In this document: positions 58,927 to 64,000 of the stretch, piece after piece
How the letters are laid out: each line of letters opens with the position of its first letter
Position numbering within the stretch: the stretch's first letter is position 1
Assembly (NCBI GenBank): GCA_963675495.1
Contig: OY776215.1
Location: 1,920,001-1,984,000 of the forward strand
DNA length: 64,000 bases
Direction of reading: 5' to 3'
Source of the DNA: an uncultured Methanolobus sp.
GTDB lineage: Archaea; Halobacteriota; Methanosarcinia; Methanosarcinales; Methanosarcinaceae
Notes under the pieces: generated by a model
Database searches by the model: none
The model's input: only the letters and a program-made list of their open reading frames with translations
What the model was told of the DNA's origin: nothing
Position numbers and translations under genes: made by a program

Positions 58927-60032
58927 TGGCGTTGTCTGAATTTCTGTTAAAGTTCGTCACAGGGGTTGCAATAGAGTCATGGGGTCTTTTTGAGGAAGCT
59001 GCACCATATCTCTTTTTGGGATTTGCAGTCGCAGGTCTTTTGCATGCACTTGTCCCGGATGAAAAAATACTGAAATATCTTGGCAAATCAGCAGGAAAAA
59101 TCAGGTCCGCTCTGAACGCATCACTGCTTGGAATTCCTCTACCACTATGTTCATGTGGTGTGGTTCCAACTGCACTATCATTGAAGAACAGGGGTGCTAC
59201 CAAAGGGGCAACTCTTTCTTTTTTAATATCCACCCCTGAAACAGGAGTGGATTCAATAGCAATCACATATGCATTGCTGGATCCCATAATGACGGTTTTT
59301 CGTCCGATTGCCAGTATGACAACTGCGTTACTTACTGGAATTGCAGAAAATATAATGGGTGGGACAAAGAAAGAATCTGCTAAAAAGGAAAATGTTCTAA
59401 TGATGCAGCCAATGGCCGTCTGCAATGATTCATCATGTTCATGTGGCACAGACGTGGTCCTGGATGAAGGTGTTTCAACTTTTCGCAAGTTGCAGGAAGC
59501 TTTTAGATACTCTTTCGTTGAACTTCTTGGGGATATTTCCGGATGGTTAATGATAGGTATCCTGTTTGCAGGGATCATATCCTATGTTATTCCTGAGGAA
59601 CTGGTGGGCAATTATCTCGGAGGCGGTGTTTTCTCCATGCTTATCGTTCTGGTTGTAGGTATTCCACTCTATATCTGTGCAACGGCTTCAACACCACTTG
59701 CCGCTGCTCTGGTTTCAAAAGGAATGAGCCCCGGGACCGCTTTTGTATTCCTGCTTGCCGGACCTGCTACAAATGCAGCAACTATCACAATGGTGGCAAA
59801 ATTTCTCGGGAAAAGAAGTGCAACTCTCTATCTTGGAATGATAGCATTGTGCTCACTGGCATTCGGACTTCTTCTCGATGCTATCTATTTAAAACTGGGT
59901 ATTGAGCTAAGTTCAATTGTCGGTAGCGCAAGCGATGTACTGGCTCCCGGGATTAAAACAATGTTTGCACTATTATTGATACCTTTCATACTTCATGGTA
60001 TATACAAACAAAGGAAGTCAAAACAAGGATAA
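58926..60032 (+). CDS. DUF318/SO_0444-type heavy-metal permease
   Basis: LGIPLPLCSCGVVP, FLISTPETGVDS, Cys-rich loop, PLYICATASTP, LLAGPATN. Confidence 0.9.
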   Translation: MALSEFLLKFVTGVAIESWGLFEEAAPYLFLGFAVAGLLHALVPDEKILKYLGKSAGKIRSALNASLLGIPLPLCSCGVVPTALSLKNRGATKGATLSFLISTPETGVDSIAITYALLDPIMTVFRPIASMTTALLTGIAENIMGGTKKESAKKENVLMMQPMAVCNDSSCSCGTDVVLDEGVSTFRKLQEAFRYSFVELLGDISGWLMIGILFAGIISYVIPEELVGNYLGGGVFSMLIVLVVGIPLYICATASTPLAAALVSKGMSPGTAFVFLLAGPATNAATITMVAKFLGKRSATLYLGMIALCSLAFGLLLDAIYLKLGIELSSIVGSASDVLAPGIKTMFALLLIPFILHGIYKQRKSKQG

Positions 60033-60039
60033 ACGTCTG

Positions 60040-60252
60040 TCATTTTTTGTGGAGCTCTCTTGAGAGAATTTCTGCCATTTTCTCTTTGAACTCATCGATA
60101 ACTATGTTTTCCTGATCTTCAAAAATGGATTGAACTTTTTCAGGCATTTCTACATTCGTATTTTCCTGAGCAGGTATGCTGACTATTTTTCCAAGAGTGT
60201 TGCCGGTTTTAATTTTACTGTTATCCCACGAGAAATCTTCTGTTTCAGGCAT
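60040..60252 (-). CDS. Hypothetical protein (70 aa)
   Basis: RBS AAGGTGG upstream; coding-like composition. Confidence 0.6.
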   Translation of the reverse strand: MPETEDFSWDNSKIKTGNTLGKIVSIPAQENTNVEMPEKVQSIFEDQENIVIDEFKEKMAEILSRELHKK

Positions 60253-60359
60253 AGCGTTTCCACCTTGAAATTATGTGTATTGGATTAATTCACTACTTTT
60301 ACATGAACCTCAAAAGTATATACTGGTTTTGAGTGCTATATTCATAAAATAAGCAGTTT

Positions 60360-60908
60360 CTAGTCCCTTTTTGTCTCTTTACCAATAAGAACTTCTGTGG
60401 ACTTGATTATTGCAAATATCCGGTCTCCTTCTTTGATGGCAAGTCTCTCCACTGCTTCGGATGTGATGATGGATGTAAGTGCCGATGGATCTATCTCTAT
60501 CTTAACCTTTGATACAAGTCCTTCTCTTTCTATACCTGTTACTCTTCCGGGAATCTTGTTACGTGCGGATATGGACAGTCCTATGTTCTCCCATGAGCCT
60601 TCATCTTCCATTGTGTTGTCAATGAAATTCCTGTTCATTTCATACTCACTGATGAGCCTGCGGCCTTCATCTGTGAGGAATGTTCCCTGATTTTTTCCTC
60701 CCCTTACGGTGGTAACTACATCTTTTCCAAGCCTTTCATTGATCTTATTCAGCACATTCCAGGCGTGTTTGTAGGATATTTCCATCTTCGAACAGGCTTT
60801 TCTAAGTGACCTTTCTTCATCTATAGCTTTGAGAAGTGCAACCTTACCTTCTCCGATGATAGGTTTCCCATCTTCTGCAAGCCATACCTTTGTTTTTGCT
60901 TCCATCAT
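60360..60908 (-). CDS. modE: ModE-family regulator (wHTH + TOBE)
   Basis: G.GK..LL.AI....SL..A...M.ISY..AW, RGG...G..LT..G, SARN.I.G.V, SIIT..AV..L, A.IKST. Start set at MMEAK. Confidence 0.88.
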   Translation of the reverse strand: MMEAKTKVWLAEDGKPIIGEGKVALLKAIDEERSLRKACSKMEISYKHAWNVLNKINERLGKDVVTTVRGGKNQGTFLTDEGRRLISEYEMNRNFIDNTMEDEGSWENIGLSISARNKIPGRVTGIEREGLVSKVKIEIDPSALTSIITSEAVERLAIKEGDRIFAIIKSTEVLIGKETKRD

Positions 60909-60918
60909 TCTCTCCCGT

Positions 60919-61125
60919 TCACTCAAGATCCGATTCATCGAAGATGAACAGCTCATTAATCGTTGTTTCAAGGGCTTTTGCGACCTTATATGCAAGTTTA
61001 AGTGAGGGATTATATTTCCCTTTTTCCAGAAAACCAATGGTTTCACGCCTGACACCAACTTTGTTAGCAAGGTCCTCCTGGGTCAGGTCATATCTGGCTC
61101 TAAGTTCCTTGATCCTTGTTTTCAT
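60919..61125 (-). CDS. XRE-family HTH regulator
   Basis: [37 protein letters not shown]. Confidence 0.93.
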   Translation of the reverse strand: MKTRIKELRARYDLTQEDLANKVGVRRETIGFLEKGKYNPSLKLAYKVAKALETTINELFIFDESDLE

Positions 61126-61149
61126 TTGATCATCCCTGCACATTGTTAT

Positions 61150-61545
61150 TTATTCCACATCCCCCTTCCTGAAGAGATACCACTGGATACCTTTTGCGGT
61201 GACGATCATTGTGAACATGAGGATTGCCAGTATCTGCTTGACGGTCATTTGGGCTATCCCAAATTCTTCAACCCAGAAAAGCAGTGCTATCAAAATAAAT
61301 GTTATCAACCATGAGTATGACAGTCCGTAAGCTCCTATTTTTATCGTTCTTTCATCTTTCACAGGTCCATTGCGATATCGTTTTGCTCTAATGAATGTGA
61401 CAAAGAGAATGATAGCTCCGATATTTATGAGGCTGATACCGCTCTGCTGATAGTCTGCAAACATCGCAACAATTATGATTCCTGCCATGATGAGTACAAA
61501 GGCCAGTGTGTAACTGAGCTTGATGTATTTTTCCAGTTTTTCCAT
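61150..61545 (-). CDS. DUF2178-like membrane protein
   Basis: Four TMs with a KDERT..I...G..YSW motif; the usual partner of the XRE gene. Confidence 0.8.
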   Translation of the reverse strand: MEKLEKYIKLSYTLAFVLIMAGIIIVAMFADYQQSGISLINIGAIILFVTFIRAKRYRNGPVKDERTIKIGAYGLSYSWLITFILIALLFWVEEFGIAQMTVKQILAILMFTMIVTAKGIQWYLFRKGDVE

Positions 61546-61592
61546 ATAACCACTTTAAATTTAATTCTAACATTATATTAGGTATTTATCTT

Positions 61593-61618
61593 ATTATGTT
61601 ATGTATATCTAACATAAT
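61593..61618. promoter_or_regulatory. Inverted repeat upstream of the DUF2178-XRE operon (putative XRE operator)
   Basis: ATTATGTTA-N8-TAACATAAT. Confidence 0.55.
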
Positions 61619-61728
61619 GTATTTAAAATTATGTTTCACCCGGCAACTGGAAAATTATTTATCCTGTAGTTTCCCCATATAATAGATTGTCAGTTTTATC
61701 GTCATAGACATTCAAACAGGTGGGGATC

Positions 61729-62346
61729 ATGAAAATCAATGTTATTTTTTACAGTTTGTACGGCCACAACCATAAAATGGCTGAAGCAGTGGCGCAAGGT
61801 GCCAGGGAAGTGGAAAGTGCAGACGTGGGCCTATACCAGATCCAGGAAACCTTCACACCGGATATCCTGGAAAAAATGGGGGCAACAGAGTCTAAAAAGA
61901 GCTTCGAGCACATCCCCGTTGCAAGCATCGAGAATCTCACTGAAGCAGATGCCATCATTTTTGGTACGCCAACAAGGTTCGGAATGATGACTGCACAGAT
62001 GCGTGCTTTTCTTGACATGACAGGGGGCATCTGGTCAAAGGGTGAGCTCATCGGCAAAGTTGGCAGTGTTTTCACATCGAGCAGCACCCAGCATGGCGGA
62101 CAGGAGTCGACAATACTGAGTTTCCACGCAACCCTGCTGCACCATGGTATGATAATAGTTGGTGTTCCGTATTCAGAAACACGGCAATCTGTTCTCACTG
62201 AGATAACAGGTGGGAGTCCCTATGGTGCTTCGACAGTTGCGGGTAGTGGGCCGGATGAAAGGCATCCCAGTGAGAATGAACTTGGGATTGCGAGGTTTCA
62301 GGGCAGGCATGTAGCGGAGATTGCTAAAAAGTTGGTAGGGGAGTAA
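61729..62346 (+). CDS. wrbA: NAD(P)H:quinone oxidoreductase WrbA
   Basis: [47 protein letters not shown]. Confidence 0.95.
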   Translation: MKINVIFYSLYGHNHKMAEAVAQGAREVESADVGLYQIQETFTPDILEKMGATESKKSFEHIPVASIENLTEADAIIFGTPTRFGMMTAQMRAFLDMTGGIWSKGELIGKVGSVFTSSSTQHGGQESTILSFHATLLHHGMIIVGVPYSETRQSVLTEITGGSPYGASTVAGSGPDERHPSENELGIARFQGRHVAEIAKKLVGE

Positions 62347-62520
62347 ACCAATCTCAAAACCCGCAATCTTTTCTTTTTTTGTAATTTATCCTTGATTTAA
62401 TAACCTAATTGCTTCGCCTTCTATAACTTCGAACATCTTTGAAGTTTAAGCAAAGTATATACAGTTCTATTCCTAAATCTGTTATAAGAACCAATTATTT
62501 ACAAATCTGGAGTGGTAAAG

Positions 62521-64000
62521 ATGAAATTCACAGGAAAAAATACAGTTTCGTTCATAACTTTAGTATCGATATTTGCAATTCTAATGTCAGGGTGTATTGG
62601 AAGTGATACGGGGGATTCCGGTCTTTCTTCCAGCATAGCAGGTCCGTGTAGTGACCAGTTAGCTTCATCAGATGATGAATTCCTGATACTTGCACCGAAA
62701 ATGCTCTTCTCAGGCGGGGAAAGTTCGGTGACCATGGCGGCTTTCTCGGACAGTCAACCGGTGACTCGCTGCGTTGAATATACTCTCACGGATGAGGACA
62801 ACAATGAGATTGCTCTCCTTGCGGCATCAACTTCAGACTCAGGAAATGTGGTGGCTTCCTTTGAAGTGCCTGATGTTGAAGAGGGCAGCTATGTACTAAA
62901 TGCAAAGCCTTCAGGATTTGATACTGAGTTCAAGGCAACTGTGGAAGTGGTGAATAACAATCCATTGTTCATTGAGACAGATAAGCCGATTTACAAACCG
63001 AGACAGACAATACACGGCAGAATACTTTCCCTGAACAACAATTTGATTCCTGTGGAAGAGGACATCACCGTAGAGATAACAGATGCTAAAGGCATCAAGG
63101 TCTTCAAGGAAGAACTGAGTTCCAACAAATATGGTGTAACTTCATTCGATCTGCCGCTTGCATCAGAACTGAATCTGGGCACATGGAAGATAATCGCAAC
63201 AGCAGGCGATTCTACTTCCAATGTAGACATCCAGGTGGACAAATATGTGCTTCCGAAGTTCGATGTCTCACTGGAAACCCCGCAGGAGTGGTTCCTTGTC
63301 TCTGATGAGATTACAGGTACGGTTTCAGGTAACTACTTCTTTGGCAAGGAAGTTGAGGGTGAGGTGCTTGTGGAAGCTTCACGTTATGTGGGTGAATGGG
63401 AGCAATATGCAAGCTTTTCCGGAACACTTGAAGAAGGAACTGTTGAGTTCGAACTTCCTTCTGTGGAATACGCTGCCGGAACATACGGGGCAGGTGGGCA
63501 AGCCAGCCTTATGCTCAATGTGACGGTTATAGATACTGGAAATCATAGCGAGACTACCAACAAATTGCTTACAATATCCGAATCTCCACTTGTTATCCAG
63601 CTTATACCTGAATCAAGTTCCATAAAACCGGGAATGCCATTGCAGGTGCTTTTGGTTACAAAAGATCCGGGGGGCAATCCGATAGATGCTGAAGTGACAG
63701 TGGAGACTCGAATCAGGGACGAGTCATACGATATCACCAGTGATAAGGAAACAGTAACTACAGAAGGTGGCGTTGCCATGCTGGAGTATAATATTCCAGA
63801 TAATACTAACCACCTATTCATAGACGCCTATGCAGATGATGCAATGGCCAGTGAATCTCTGAATGCCGCCTACTCTCCAACTGCCAGTTTTATACACATC
63901 TCCCAGACAAGCGAAGGTGTGCCGGAACTTGGCGATACGATCTCTTTCCGTGTCTATTCAACAAATCCGGGAACAGTATTCTATGATGTGTTCGCAAACG
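62521..64000 (+). CDS. Alpha-2-macroglobulin-family lipoprotein (5' part; runs off the window, not in ORF track)
   Basis: Translated by hand with no stop found to the window end. Lipobox LMSGC; FIETDKPIYKPRQTIHGRIL (MG2); LGTWKI; KYVLPKFDV; YFFGKEVEG; KPGMP; SPTASFIHI. Confidence 0.88.
   Translation, partial: MKFTGKNTVSFITLVSIFAILMSGCIGSDTGDSGLSSSIAGPCSDQLASSDDEFLILAPKMLFSGGESSVTMAAFSDSQPVTRCVEYTLTDEDNNEIALLAASTSDSGNVVASFEVPDVEEGSYVLNAKPSGFDTEFKATVEVVNNNPLFIETDKPIYKPRQTIHGRILSLNNNLIPVEEDITVEITDAKGIKVFKEELSSNKYGVTSFDLPLASELNLGTWKIIATAGDSTSNVDIQVDKYVLPKFDVSLETPQEWFLVSDEITGTVSGNYFFGKEVEGEVLVEASRYVGEWEQYASFSGTLEEGTVEFELPSVEYAAGTYGAGGQASLMLNVTVIDTGNHSETTNKLLTISESPLVIQLIPESSSIKPGMPLQVLLVTKDPGGNPIDAEVTVETRIRDESYDITSDKETVTTEGGVAMLEYNIPDNTNHLFIDAYADDAMASESLNAAYSPTASFIHISQTSEGVPELGDTISFRVYSTNPGTVFYDVFAN

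Noticed and set aside
60909-61070. N-terminal extensions in ORF-track calls (ModE to 61070; also 40783..40959, 19701..19799, 53067..53132)
   Set aside because: They overlap neighbouring genes or promoters; recognisable domains and RBS-like sites support the downstream starts used.

Overview
Chromosomal window from a methanogenic archaeon of the Methanosarcinaceae, most like Methanolobus or Methanococcoides. This is inferred from ablAB, mptG, RbkR-ribB, nop5-fibrillarin, thermosome, PEF/PGF-CTERM surface proteins and a multiheme cytochrome. Most of it is housekeeping: peptidases, tRNA modification, purP, leuD/leuB, pyrH, asd, XPD helicase, riboflavin genes, ECF biotin transport, wrbA, and two tRNAs (Pro-GGG, Arg-GCG). 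Two regions are variable: 28.9-32.7 kb behind fibrillarin, and about 43.4-53 kb after tRNA-Arg. Main observations: (1) an RNase HI-like gene whose reading frame runs through an in-frame amber TAG just before its last catalytic motif, a candidate pyrrolysine protein; (2) 3.5 perfect 98-bp repeats, each starting with the 3' end of tRNA-Pro; (3) a promoter-bearing, highly structured, unannotated sRNA candidate at about 9.86-9.97 kb; (4) three genes or modules bracketed by direct repeats with no integrase, one using a diverged copy of the fibrillarin 3' end; (5) an octaheme tetrathionate-reductase-type cytochrome with a PGF-CTERM anchor; (6) a lipoprotein with metazoan-style alpha-2-macroglobulin motifs running off the right edge. 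A ferredoxin, several small ORFs and several operator palindromes missing from the ORF track were also found. Family names come from motif recognition, not from database searches.
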